Below, one piece after another: positions 7,843-18,602 of a DNA stretch of 32,000 bases (positions within the stretch are counted from its first letter, which is position 1; each line of letters starts with the position of its first letter). Under the pieces are notes generated by a model that ran no database searches, was not told where the DNA came from, and was given only the letters and a program-made list of their open reading frames with translations. The position numbers were made by a program, and so were the translations under genes. Source of the stretch: Vibrio alginolyticus NBRC 15630 = ATCC 17749 (lineage in GTDB: Bacteria; Pseudomonadota; Gammaproteobacteria; Enterobacterales; Vibrionaceae); assembly GCF_000354175.2 (NCBI RefSeq), contig NC_022359.1, positions 570,001-602,000 on the forward strand, read 5' to 3'.

Positions 7843-9879
7843 ATGAGCAAGGAAACCTTTGACGCGACGCGTTATAACCAAAGTGAAAACAAACCATTTG
7901 AAGAAGTATTAGAAGCGAGCCTATCTCGACGCAGCATTCTGAAAGGTGGTTTAGGTATCAGTGCGATGACAGCGTTTGGTGCTTTCGGATTGGCTGGTTG
8001 TAACTCGTCTGACTCAGGGAGTACAGTAAGCAGTGGTTCGGGCGCATCTAAAGCCGTTCTTAACTTTGAATCTATCCCTGGCTCACTCACTGACGCAGTT
8101 TCAATTCCACAAGGCTACACCGCACAAGTACTAGTACCTTGGGGAACACCACTTAATGCACAAGGCAGCGCATGGCAAAATGATGGTACCAACACCAGTA
8201 CCGATCAGTTAAATGCGCTAGGCATGCACCATGACGGCATGCATTTTTTCCCATTGAACGATAGCACTACAGATGGCTTGCTATGTATTAACCACGAGTA
8301 CATCGACACATCAGCACTGCATCCAAACGGTCCGACGGTTGAAAATGGCGTACGTACCATTGTAGATGAAGTGCGTAAAGAGATTAACGCGCACGGTGTA
8401 TCAGTGGTTCGCATTCAACTGGAAGACAACATGTGGAAGTTGGTTGATACCGACCCACTAAACCGTCGTTATACTGGTGCGACAGTCATGGATTTGTCTG
8501 GCCCGGTAGCCCACACATCTTTAACTGTCACTCGTTTCTCACCAGATGGCAGCCAAGCGCGTGGTACGTTAAACAACTGTGGCAACGGCTACACGCCGTG
8601 GGGCACTTACTTAACGTGTGAAGAGAACTGGCCTGGTTACTTTGTTAACGCCGGGACTCGTACAGAAGAGCAAGATCGCATTGGTGTTGATGACCAAAGC
8701 ACACGCTACTTGTGGGAGACATTAGCAGGTAATGCAGAAGAGCGTCTTGATGAGTTCTCTCGCTTTAATGTGGCTCCAACAGGAGCAAGTGCGATGGATG
8801 ATTACCGTAATGAAGCCAATGGTCACGGTTACATTGTCGAGATTGACCCTTACACGCAAAACTCACGTGCGAAGAAACGTACTGCGCTAGGTCGTTTCCG
8901 TCACGAGGGCTGTACTTTCGGTAAGCTTGAAGAAGGCAAACCAGTGGTATTTTATTCTGGTCACGATTCTCGCTTTGAATACCTATACAAATTTGAATCT
9001 GCGGCAGCGTGGGATCCAGCAGATGCTAACCCTGATAACCGCTTGGCGATGGGTGACAAGTACATGGACGAAGGCACACTGTATGTGGCGCGCTTCAATG
9101 AAGACAGCACAGGTACTTGGTTACCATTAACGCTTGATAGCGTAACAACCGCTGGTGGTACGTTAGCGGATCACTTTGATTCACTGGCTGAAATTATCAT
9201 CAATACTGCGGGTGCGGCGGATTTAGTTGGGGCAACACCAATGGATCGACCAGAGTGGTGTACGGTTGATCCATTCACGGGTTCAGTATATTTAACATTG
9301 ACGAACAATACGCGCCGTACAGATGAAACCAATCCTGCGAATCCACGTTTGAATAATAAGTTTGGTCATGTTATTCGTTGGGATGAAGGTGCTTCAGCAA
9401 CTGACTTTACTTGGGATATCTTTGTGTTTGGTTCGCCAGCAAATGGTGATGCAGATACCAACCGTTCTGGCTTGAATGAGTTAAACCAGTTTGCGAGCCC
9501 AGACGGATTAGCGTTTGATGGCCGTGGTATTTTGTGGATTCAGACTGATAACGGCGCAGATGAAGTCACGTCTTACACCAATGATCAAATGTTGGCTGTT
9601 GTGCCATCGAAGCTAACAGATGAGAATGGTGATCAAGCTGTGATTGGTGCGGATAATCAAGCTGAATTGAAACGCTTCTTTGTCGGACCAAATGGTTGTG
9701 AAGTAACAGGCTTTACCATCAGCCCTGATTACAAATCATTGTTTGTAAATATTCAGCACCCAGGTAACTGGCCATACAGTGAAGATGCAGCCGAAGAAAC
9801 GCCTGCTGGTGTTTCTGTGCGCCCACGAGCGGCGACAGTGGTTATTCGCCGTGAAGACGGTGGAGAGATTGCAGTTTAA
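7843..9879 (+). CDS. phoX: PhoX family alkaline phosphatase (DUF839), Tat-exported
   Basis: 678-aa ORF with a twin-arginine signal (SRRSILKGGLGISAM). The beta-propeller PhoX-like sequence runs throughout. Confidence 0.88.
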   Translation: MSKETFDATRYNQSENKPFEEVLEASLSRRSILKGGLGISAMTAFGAFGLAGCNSSDSGSTVSSGSGASKAVLNFESIPGSLTDAVSIPQGYTAQVLVPWGTPLNAQGSAWQNDGTNTSTDQLNALGMHHDGMHFFPLNDSTTDGLLCINHEYIDTSALHPNGPTVENGVRTIVDEVRKEINAHGVSVVRIQLEDNMWKLVDTDPLNRRYTGATVMDLSGPVAHTSLTVTRFSPDGSQARGTLNNCGNGYTPWGTYLTCEENWPGYFVNAGTRTEEQDRIGVDDQSTRYLWETLAGNAEERLDEFSRFNVAPTGASAMDDYRNEANGHGYIVEIDPYTQNSRAKKRTALGRFRHEGCTFGKLEEGKPVVFYSGHDSRFEYLYKFESAAAWDPADANPDNRLAMGDKYMDEGTLYVARFNEDSTGTWLPLTLDSVTTAGGTLADHFDSLAEIIINTAGAADLVGATPMDRPEWCTVDPFTGSVYLTLTNNTRRTDETNPANPRLNNKFGHVIRWDEGASATDFTWDIFVFGSPANGDADTNRSGLNELNQFASPDGLAFDGRGILWIQTDNGADEVTSYTNDQMLAVVPSKLTDENGDQAVIGADNQAELKRFFVGPNGCEVTGFTISPDYKSLFVNIQHPGNWPYSEDAAEETPAGVSVRPRAATVVIRREDGGEIAV

Positions 9880-9908
9880 TCTCTAAATGAATAAACACCT
9901 TAAAATTC

Positions 9909-9930
9909 AAGCCCTGCAATTGCAGGGCTT
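9909..9930. terminator. Bidirectional hairpin between convergent phoX and the GH1 gene
   Basis: Perfect 22-bp palindrome AAGCCCTGCAATTGCAGGGCTT with weak T-tracts on both sides. Confidence 0.6.
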
Positions 9931-9978
9931 GATGGTTTAGGCGAATGCCTAGTTGCACTTTATACCTAGACAACAGGC

Positions 9979-11382
<1,404 letters not shown>

Positions 11383-11518
11383 TTATATTTAGGAAATGTT
11401 TGTGGATTTATTGCTTGAGAATAGTGTAGGAGACACCTCGATACTTGTATCGAGATCGTATTTTTCTCAAACAGCGGGGATGCTTAGTTCTAATGATGAT
11501 TTTGTAATCAATATCAAC

Positions 11519-13579
11519 CTAGGCTGATTTGAACAATAGAGTGAAAGTCAGCCCATTTTGTTCATTCTTATGCACGGTAATTTGTCCGTTCATATCACGC
11601 ATATTGTTGGCCGTAATCGCTAAACCCAGCCCCAATCCTTCACCAATTTTCTTTGAGGTTTGGAAGGGTTCGAACATGGATTCAAGCATCTCATTCGACA
11701 CGCCACAGCCATTGTCACTGACGATCAGTTCGACCTGATTAACAGTTGGATTGACGATCAAGTTGAGCTGCGGGTTGGTGGTGTTGTTCATTGCGTCTAG
11801 CGCATTCGAGACAAGATTACCGAGCACCTGAAGCAGTCGTTGTTCTTCACCCATGATGTTAGGTAAGTCATGAGGAACCCGAACACGCACATCCACCTTA
11901 TCTAATTGGGATTGATAGACGCGCAAGGTCTCTTCGAGTGCGGAGGTAAGAGAAATCGCTTGTAGGCTTTCTGGTTTGTTATAGGCGAACGTCTTTAACT
12001 GGCTGGTCATGCTTGCCATGCGATCAATCAGCTTCTGCACCAATACGTTGTTGGCTTTCATCATCTCGGTTTCGCCACGTTCTGCTAACAGTTCGTTTGT
12101 TGTGAGCAAGGTACGTAAGCCCGTCAGTGGCTGATTGAGCTCATGAGTAATCGCGCTCGACATGCGACCCAAGGCGGCCATTTTGCTTGATTCAATTAAT
12201 TGGTTTTGCGCTTCTTTTAGCGCTTGAGTACGCTCTTCTACCCGTTGCGCCAGTTCTTGGTTGACCTGTTGCAGCGATTGCTCGGCTTTTTTCCGCTTAC
12301 TGATGTCTATGATCGTGGCAAGGAAATACTGCTCGCCATGCCAAGGGAAACTGGTTAGCGAGAACAGGACAGGGAAGACGCTACCGTCACTGCGTCTGGC
12401 GATGGTTTCGACCGTGCTGATCTCTGCGAGCTCTTTATGTTTAGGTAAATCCTTAAGCAACTTGAGTGTGGTGGAATTGGGGTTGCCTGCATCGAATAAC
12501 TCCCAAGCAAAAGCGTGTCGATTGACGCTCTCTGGTAAACAGAACAAACGCTTCGCCATTGGGTTGAGATCGAACAGTTGCCCTTGTTCATCAATCAATA
12601 GTAAACCAACGTGGGTCTTATTGATCATCTGTTTCAAGCGGCGTTGGGACTCTTCCAACAGAGCTTGAATTCGTTGTTGATTGATGTGCTTTTGTCGTCG
12701 TTGTAAGCCAATGATGACGAGCAATACAACCAATAAGAGCAGCGCTGCTACGCTCCAACCAATCACATTGATGGTTTGTTGAATCGGCTTAGAAGGGGTG
12801 AGGTAGCTGACGTACCAATTCAAATCATCTAATTTAACGGTGTGTGCAAAATAACGCTGTTGGTTGAGCGTCCACACACTGATGTTGGTGTTGTCGTATA
12901 AGCGTTGCGTTTCTAACTGAACGGTGTTGCTCGGTTCGTTAAACCAGTCTGCGTTATAGAGCGAGCTGCTCGATAGGAAAAAGCGTTGCTGACGGTTCTG
13001 CAACGTAATGATGTCTTGGCTAGTAATGGTCTGTTCGGTCAATAGGCTAAGGTTGATTTGCACCACCACAATGCCAGCGATATCCAGACCATCGTAGATA
13101 GGGGCTGCAAGATAATACAATGGGCTCGAACCTTTGGTTTTGTTCACCAAGGAAACACCGCCGCCTTGGTTGTGAATTTGTTCCACAATGGCTTTTCGGT
13201 CAGACAGGCTAAAGCGCTCTTCGATCAAACTTGAGACCAATACTTCGCCAGAGTTAGACAGGATTAGCCAACCTTCCGTATTGGCGGCTTTATCTAGTTG
13301 AGTCAGTTGGGTTTGCAACGGTTCGTAATAAGTCAGATTCCCTTTCACAAAAGCGATGGTTTCTGGGTTATTGGTGACGAGGTAAGGTAAGTGGTAGAAA
13401 CGTTTGAGTGCACGGCGAACTTCACCGATATAGTCGAGCAGTTTTTGTTGAGCTTCGGTTTGAGTTTGTACGCTCAACCATTGACGAGCAACCTCTCTGC
13501 TGGCGCTATAACAAGACAACATCAGCACTGCTGCAATTACGACCACAAGCCACGTTTTGCCATTCCTTTTGCGCTGCAT
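11519..13579 (-). CDS. Sensor histidine kinase, DctB-like (periplasmic sensor, PAS, HisKA, HATPase)
   Basis: 686 aa with two TM segments flanking a periplasmic domain of about 250 aa. H-box is SAITHELNQPL, with N/G boxes at the C-terminus. Divergent from a sigma-54 response regulator. Confidence 0.88.
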   Translation of the reverse strand: MQRKRNGKTWLVVVIAAVLMLSCYSASREVARQWLSVQTQTEAQQKLLDYIGEVRRALKRFYHLPYLVTNNPETIAFVKGNLTYYEPLQTQLTQLDKAANTEGWLILSNSGEVLVSSLIEERFSLSDRKAIVEQIHNQGGGVSLVNKTKGSSPLYYLAAPIYDGLDIAGIVVVQINLSLLTEQTITSQDIITLQNRQQRFFLSSSSLYNADWFNEPSNTVQLETQRLYDNTNISVWTLNQQRYFAHTVKLDDLNWYVSYLTPSKPIQQTINVIGWSVAALLLLVVLLVIIGLQRRQKHINQQRIQALLEESQRRLKQMINKTHVGLLLIDEQGQLFDLNPMAKRLFCLPESVNRHAFAWELFDAGNPNSTTLKLLKDLPKHKELAEISTVETIARRSDGSVFPVLFSLTSFPWHGEQYFLATIIDISKRKKAEQSLQQVNQELAQRVEERTQALKEAQNQLIESSKMAALGRMSSAITHELNQPLTGLRTLLTTNELLAERGETEMMKANNVLVQKLIDRMASMTSQLKTFAYNKPESLQAISLTSALEETLRVYQSQLDKVDVRVRVPHDLPNIMGEEQRLLQVLGNLVSNALDAMNNTTNPQLNLIVNPTVNQVELIVSDNGCGVSNEMLESMFEPFQTSKKIGEGLGLGLAITANNMRDMNGQITVHKNEQNGLTFTLLFKSA

Positions 13580-13750
13580 ACTGACTCCGTTCAGCTAGTG
13601 CGTTCTCACCGAGAGTCATTAAAGAGTGCGCCTAACTGGTTGGATGTTAAAGACTTGTAAGCAAGAAGTGAGATCTAGCTCCTTTTCTCCTCAGTGGTTT
13701 TTGCTACCGTTAGCAAAGAGCGATTTCTATTCCACCTACGGTAGTAACTC

Positions 13751-15100
13751 ATGGCTTTTGACGACACCCCTAAAATTGCACTTATCGAAGACGATGACAT
13801 TGTTCGTCAGGCTACCAGTCAGTGGCTGCAACTGGCGGGGTTCGACGTGACCGCATTCAGTTTAGGAGAAGAGGGGAAAGCGGCCATTCTTAGCCAAGAA
13901 TTTGATGCGATTGTCAGTGATGTTCGCCTGCCGGACACCGACGGCTTGTCGATACTAGAAAGCCTGATTGCTAATCACATCCCAACGCCAGTTATCTTGA
14001 TCACCGGACATGGTGACGTCGATATGGCAGTAGGGGCGTTACAAAACGGTGCGTTCGATTTTATTGAGAAACCTTTCCAACCTGAGCGTTTATCCCAACG
14101 AGTAACCGAAGCGGTCGAGAGCTATCGCGCACAAACGTCTACTCAAGATCGCCAAGAGTACCTATCTAGCGTTAGCGGCTTAGAAGAGGTGTTGATTGGG
14201 CGAAGCCGAGTGATGCAACAGCTTAGAGAACAAGTAGCCAAGTTAGCACGCATTGATACTAACGTGATCATTTACGGCGAAACAGGTTGTGGTAAAGAGC
14301 TGGTGGCGACCAGTTTGCATAATGAAAGCCAACGCAGATCCTATCATTTTGTGCCAATCAACTGTGGCGCTATTCCTGAGAACCTGTTTGAAAGTGAGCT
14401 GTTTGGGCATGAAGCAGGGGCATTTACCGGAGCGGGTAAAAAGCGCATTGGTAAGTTGGAATACGCGGATAAAGGCACTTTATTCTTTGATGAAATCGAG
14501 AGTATGCCGCTGTCCATGCAGGTGAAAGTGTTGCGTTCATTACAGGAACATACGGTAGAGCGCGTTGGGGGCAACCAACAGATCTCAGTTGATTTGAGAG
14601 TGATCGCCGCCGCGAAAGAAGATCTCAATGATCATGACGAGTTTCGTCAGGATTTGTACTATCGTCTTAATGTGGCGCAGATCTATTTGCCACCGCTACG
14701 TGAGCGAGAAGATGATGCGTTGATCTTGTTCGAACACTTTGCTCTGAAAAGTAACCCTGAGAGCCGCCCACTGAGTGAAGCCGATAGAAAGGCCATTCTT
14801 GCTTACTCTTGGCCTGGTAACGTACGTGAGCTTAGGAATGTAGCGATGCGTTTTGCATTGGATGAAACCGTCTCCGTAATGGAAATTCTCTCTAGTCGAC
14901 CATCCTCAACAACCGAAGAGACGCATGCGGGCGTGCCGTTGGCGATTCAGCTACATAACTTTGAACGTAAGGTGCTACATGATTCTTTAGTCAGGCATCA
15001 TGGACGCATCAATGAGGTGATGCAGGAGTTGGATTTACCACGTCGAACCCTTAACCAAAAGATGCAGAAGTTTGGTTTGAATCGCTCCGACTATACTTAG
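13751..15100 (+). CDS. Sigma-54-dependent response regulator (DctD/NtrC family bEBP)
   Basis: REC domain, an AAA+ domain with Walker A GETGCGKE and the GAFTGA loop (EAGAFTGAG), and a C-terminal Fis-type HTH. Confidence 0.92.
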   Translation: MAFDDTPKIALIEDDDIVRQATSQWLQLAGFDVTAFSLGEEGKAAILSQEFDAIVSDVRLPDTDGLSILESLIANHIPTPVILITGHGDVDMAVGALQNGAFDFIEKPFQPERLSQRVTEAVESYRAQTSTQDRQEYLSSVSGLEEVLIGRSRVMQQLREQVAKLARIDTNVIIYGETGCGKELVATSLHNESQRRSYHFVPINCGAIPENLFESELFGHEAGAFTGAGKKRIGKLEYADKGTLFFDEIESMPLSMQVKVLRSLQEHTVERVGGNQQISVDLRVIAAAKEDLNDHDEFRQDLYYRLNVAQIYLPPLREREDDALILFEHFALKSNPESRPLSEADRKAILAYSWPGNVRELRNVAMRFALDETVSVMEILSSRPSSTTEETHAGVPLAIQLHNFERKVLHDSLVRHHGRINEVMQELDLPRRTLNQKMQKFGLNRSDYT

Positions 15101-15143
15101 TACGATTTCTAGCTAATGTAAAATCATTGGCATAACAAACATG

Positions 15144-16352
15144 TTATGCGCTTTTGGCAGGAGCTGGGACAAACTTATAATTTAGGTCTTTACCTTCTCC
15201 AAACAAGGTAACGAGGTTCCTTCCAGTATGTTTAGAGCTATATAGCGCTTCGTCTGCTTCAGCAAGCGCCTCTTGAAGTGATTGCCCCTCAGATAACTGA
15301 CTGATACCAAAGCTCATGGTCACTTCAGTTTTAAATGATTGCAAAGCGGTTTCAGTTTCGACCGCAAGGCGAATTTGCTCTGCGACAATTTTGGCTTGTT
15401 GTGCTTTTTCGAGCAAAACAATCATGAACTCGTCACCACCAAATCGCACAATGCAGGCTGACTCAGGAAGATGCTTTTTAAAAATAGTGGAGATCGTTGC
15501 CATGACGGAGTCGCCAACCGTGTGACCATAGTGATCATTAATCGCTTTGAACTTGTCGACATCAGTCATAATAATGCTGATTGCTTGGCTTTTTTTATGT
15601 GCTTTACTAACCAAGTTTGGAACGATTTCTTCCATGGCTCGACGATTATATAGCCCTGTGAGTGCATCTAAATGAGAGAGATCATTTATGGATTGCACCA
15701 AGCGTCCGTTAATTAACCACAGCATACTAAAGCTCAAAGCAACGATCAGGCAGATGCTAAATAAGAAAGTCAGCTGATGGATAAGGCCTGCGACCATAAA
15801 ACTTGGTAACTCACCTGAAAAAGTACTCCAAAGCGCCCTAAATCCCATAAAAAAACTAAATCCAAAGAAAGAGTAAGCCATTGCTTTAACAGGGAGCTTT
15901 AAGTCCTTTTGGGTACCTTTAAGCATGGCGACACCACTAAAGAAGGTGACGATACAAATATACATGCTCAGATAAATAATGCGGCTTTTGATAGAAGGGT
16001 CATGGAAGGTGAAATAGTAAAATGAACCACTGAAAACAGGTGTTAACAAGGTAAGACAGTGAGCCAATTTTAAAGGATATTGACGAAAAATGCTTACGCT
16101 ATATAGCGTAAGCAAGAAGCCGACTAATATGAGAGTGTTGGCTATGACGATGGTCAGCCAGTCTGGCGCAGAGCCTCTAAAGCCAAGTAAAAAAGGGCCT
16201 AAACCAATAAACAGTAGTGATATCGAGAAGGTTTTTAAGCCTTTGACTCTACCCTGAGTGTATTGATAACAAAGCAGACTAATAGAGTAAATGCAAGAGA
16301 ACAGAATAACGATAAAGTTCAGTGTTCTGATGTCTAGATACTGATTATCCAT
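15144..16352 (-). CDS. Membrane-anchored diguanylate cyclase (GGDEF domain)
   Basis: 402 aa with about 7-8 N-terminal TM helices, then GGDEF with an intact active site RFGGDEF. No RxxD I-site lies immediately upstream. Confidence 0.85.
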   Translation of the reverse strand: MDNQYLDIRTLNFIVILFSCIYSISLLCYQYTQGRVKGLKTFSISLLFIGLGPFLLGFRGSAPDWLTIVIANTLILVGFLLTLYSVSIFRQYPLKLAHCLTLLTPVFSGSFYYFTFHDPSIKSRIIYLSMYICIVTFFSGVAMLKGTQKDLKLPVKAMAYSFFGFSFFMGFRALWSTFSGELPSFMVAGLIHQLTFLFSICLIVALSFSMLWLINGRLVQSINDLSHLDALTGLYNRRAMEEIVPNLVSKAHKKSQAISIIMTDVDKFKAINDHYGHTVGDSVMATISTIFKKHLPESACIVRFGGDEFMIVLLEKAQQAKIVAEQIRLAVETETALQSFKTEVTMSFGISQLSEGQSLQEALAEADEALYSSKHTGRNLVTLFGEGKDLNYKFVPAPAKSA

Positions 16353-16455
16353 AGGCGACCCATATCAATCTTTCATTCAGGCAACTCCTTTGCCTGATAT
16401 CAATAAGCGAGCTACATAGTAACGCACTTATTGAGCGATGTCTTATGTTAAACGG

Positions 16456-17766
16456 CTATTCATTCACCAGCTCGAATTGTTCGGTTTGGTTGGTTTTCGT
16501 CGTAAACAGCAGACCAACAATCATCATAAATACGCTAGGCACAATCCAGCTAGCAAAGTCATTGTACAGAGGCATGTAATTACCCATCCACTCATCAGTG
16601 GAACTTGGCATGTAACCTAGGATGTGCAGCGCATCAACACAACCAAACGTTAGAGCAGTGAACGCCGTCGCGACGACCATGATTTGCGACATCTTGTTGC
16701 GCACCGGTGCCATGATCATCAACGCAATCGCTACTGGGTGAAGCGCCACAACCGCTGGTAATGTGATAGCCAATAGTTGCTCCAGACCTACGTTGGCGAT
16801 TAAACCTGCCAATACCATGGTCGTGATAACGCAGCCTTTGTAGTTCACTTTGCTGAAGGTGTTGTCGTAAAACTCACTGCCTGCGGTGGTTACGCCGATA
16901 GCAGTAGTCAAACACGCTAATACCATCACGGCACCTAGTAATAGTGAACCAAATGCGCCGAAGTGGCTGAAGGTGAATGCCGTTAAAATGTCGCCACCAT
17001 TGCTGAACTCAGAACCCAAGTATGAGCTTGTCGAGCCAATGTAAGCCAATGAGATGTAAACAAACGCCATGGCAACCGCGTACATCAAAGCTGCGATTAG
17101 CGTGTATTTTGCGGTGGCTTTCGGGCAATCCACACCCATGCTGCGAATCGCGCGGAAGATAATCCAACCAAAACCGATAGAACCTAGCGCATCCATGGTC
17201 ATGTAGCCTTGGGTCAAGCCTTCAGCAAATGCACCAGATAGGTATGGTCCCGTTGCGGCAGTTAGCTCACCTGCAGGAGAAACCAAAGCCGTCACAGACA
17301 TGATGATCAAGATTGCCATCAAGGCAGGCGTTAAGATCTTGCCTAGGTTGTCGACCAATTTACCCGGATATAGGGCAAATAGAATGGTGATAGCACAGAA
17401 GGCAATAGTGAAAGGCACCAAAGCTGCATCACCAAACATTGGCGCAAAGCTGAATTGGTAAGCCACGGTAATTGCACGTGGAATCACGAACGCAGGGCCA
17501 ATTACGATAAATACCATTACCCAAAAACTGGTCGCCAAAGGTTTAGGTAGGGCAGCGGTTAATTTGTCTGAACCGTTTACGATAGCCACCATCACTAGTG
17601 CCATCGCAGGCAGACCTACACCCGTTAAGAGGAAGCCAGACATCCCGCTCAGAAAGTTTTCACCTGCTTGGTAACCCAAAAATGGAGGGAAGATCAGGTT
17701 ACCCGCGCCTAAGTACATGGCGAAAGTCATGAAGCCCAAAGCGGCGATATTGCGTGCGCTTAACAT
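16456..17766 (-). CDS. brnQ: Branched-chain amino acid transport system II carrier (LIVCS family)
   Basis: 436-aa polytopic protein. The N-terminus (FMTFAMYLGAGNLIFPPFLGYQAG) is typical of BrnQ. Confidence 0.9.
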   Translation of the reverse strand: MLSARNIAALGFMTFAMYLGAGNLIFPPFLGYQAGENFLSGMSGFLLTGVGLPAMALVMVAIVNGSDKLTAALPKPLATSFWVMVFIVIGPAFVIPRAITVAYQFSFAPMFGDAALVPFTIAFCAITILFALYPGKLVDNLGKILTPALMAILIIMSVTALVSPAGELTAATGPYLSGAFAEGLTQGYMTMDALGSIGFGWIIFRAIRSMGVDCPKATAKYTLIAALMYAVAMAFVYISLAYIGSTSSYLGSEFSNGGDILTAFTFSHFGAFGSLLLGAVMVLACLTTAIGVTTAGSEFYDNTFSKVNYKGCVITTMVLAGLIANVGLEQLLAITLPAVVALHPVAIALMIMAPVRNKMSQIMVVATAFTALTFGCVDALHILGYMPSSTDEWMGNYMPLYNDFASWIVPSVFMMIVGLLFTTKTNQTEQFELVNE

Positions 17767-17829
17767 TGTTATTCCTCTTATGTTTCGCTTGGAAGAAACT
17801 GAAAGGAATGGGAGGAGTATGTGGTGTTC

Positions 17830-17880
17830 CCGTCAGCTTCTTCTCAAGCTGACAGAAAGTTTAGATATAGCCTGTCAGCT
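17830..17880 (-). promoter_or_regulatory. Alternative-pairing RNA elements in the brnQ leader
   Basis: On minus RNA, segment B CUGUCAGCUU (17846-17855) can pair either with upstream A AGCUGACAG (17872-17880) or with downstream C AAGCUGACGG (17830-17839). In addition, AUUCCUUU (17802-17809) can pair with the brnQ SD AGAGGAAU (17771-17778). Confidence 0.4.
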
Positions 17881-17970
17881 CTGAATCAGTTCCAGAGAGA
17901 GCAGGAGGATCGCAGCAGCAACGCCAGATGGGCGTTTTAAAGCGAATTGTAATTGCGCAGTTGCTGACAT
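17875..17970 (-). CDS. Candidate 31-aa Leu/Ile-rich leader peptide upstream of brnQ (MSATAQLQFALKRPSGVAAAILLLSLELIQS)
   Basis: ATG with AAGGA 6 nt upstream. 10 of 31 residues are L/I/V, including ILLLSLELI. The stop codon lies inside pairing segment A. Confidence 0.35.
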   Translation of the reverse strand: MSATAQLQFALKRPSGVAAAILLLSLELIQS

Positions 17971-18406
17971 GGGTGATCCTTAAAGACGAAAAAATACCAA
18001 GGAATACGTTTGCCTTGGCGTGTTGTTACACTAACGAACATAGGGCCATTGGCACAACCCCGAAGTAGAAAATAAGTTGATACGGTCAATGTTTGTTTCT
18101 GAACTGGTGGATCGAGCTGCTTTTTAAATTAAAAATTAGAATAAATGACTTTTCATTTTTGTAACATGGCTTTCTTTGCTGTATTTTTGTGCTATTTGTA
18201 GTCGTTTAGGCTATAAACCTCAGCTGATAAATTGAGCAGTTTAGAATGATGCGCTTTTTCTTCTTATTGTTAAGACGCTCATTAGTTGCAATTCAATCCA
18301 AAATTGCATCGGCAAAATATTGCTTATTAGTGAATCGTGCATTTATTTTGTCTTGATCACATTTTATTAACCTTTTGCGATCTAGGCGTGCAACCTTCTC
18401 CTCTTC

Positions 18407-18462
18407 AATGAGCAAGATCTTGCTCATTACTTTGCTATCAAATCAGCATGATTTTGCTCATT
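18407..18462. promoter_or_regulatory. Tandem palindromic UAS (candidate bEBP binding sites)
   Basis: Perfect 22-bp palindrome AATGAGCAAGATCTTGCTCATT (18407-18428) and a 19/22 copy AATCAGCATGATTTTGCTCATT (18441-18462). Centres are 34 bp apart, about 60-95 bp upstream of the -24 element. Confidence 0.55.
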
Positions 18463-18510
18463 TTTGATGTCTTTCAGTACTTAGTTCAATAAATACAAAG
18501 GGTTAAAAGT

Positions 18511-18526
18511 TGGCATTTCAATTGCT
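18511..18526 (+). promoter_or_regulatory. Sigma-54 (-24/-12) promoter of the TAXI-TRAP operon
   Basis: TGGCAT-TTCAA-TTGCT against the TGGCAC-N5-TTGCW consensus, with correct GG-to-GC spacing, 77 bp upstream of the ATG at 18603. Confidence 0.7.
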
Positions 18527-18602
18527 CTAGGGAATGTGTTGTTAATAAAGGTTTAACATGATGTAAATCCCCAATCGTGAAACGACTACACGGAGAGTAA
18601 TA

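Noticed and set aside
12261-12668. Antisense or alternate-frame ORFs inside long genes. Examples are 338-590, 1698-2024, 12261-12668, 14289-14628, 20757-21216, 23758-24122, 25447-25751, 27869-28330 and 28571-29054.
   Set aside because: Each is fully nested in a well-supported gene with clear family similarity. Compositions are Arg/Ser/Cys-rich as expected of shadow frames, and none has a convincing SD.
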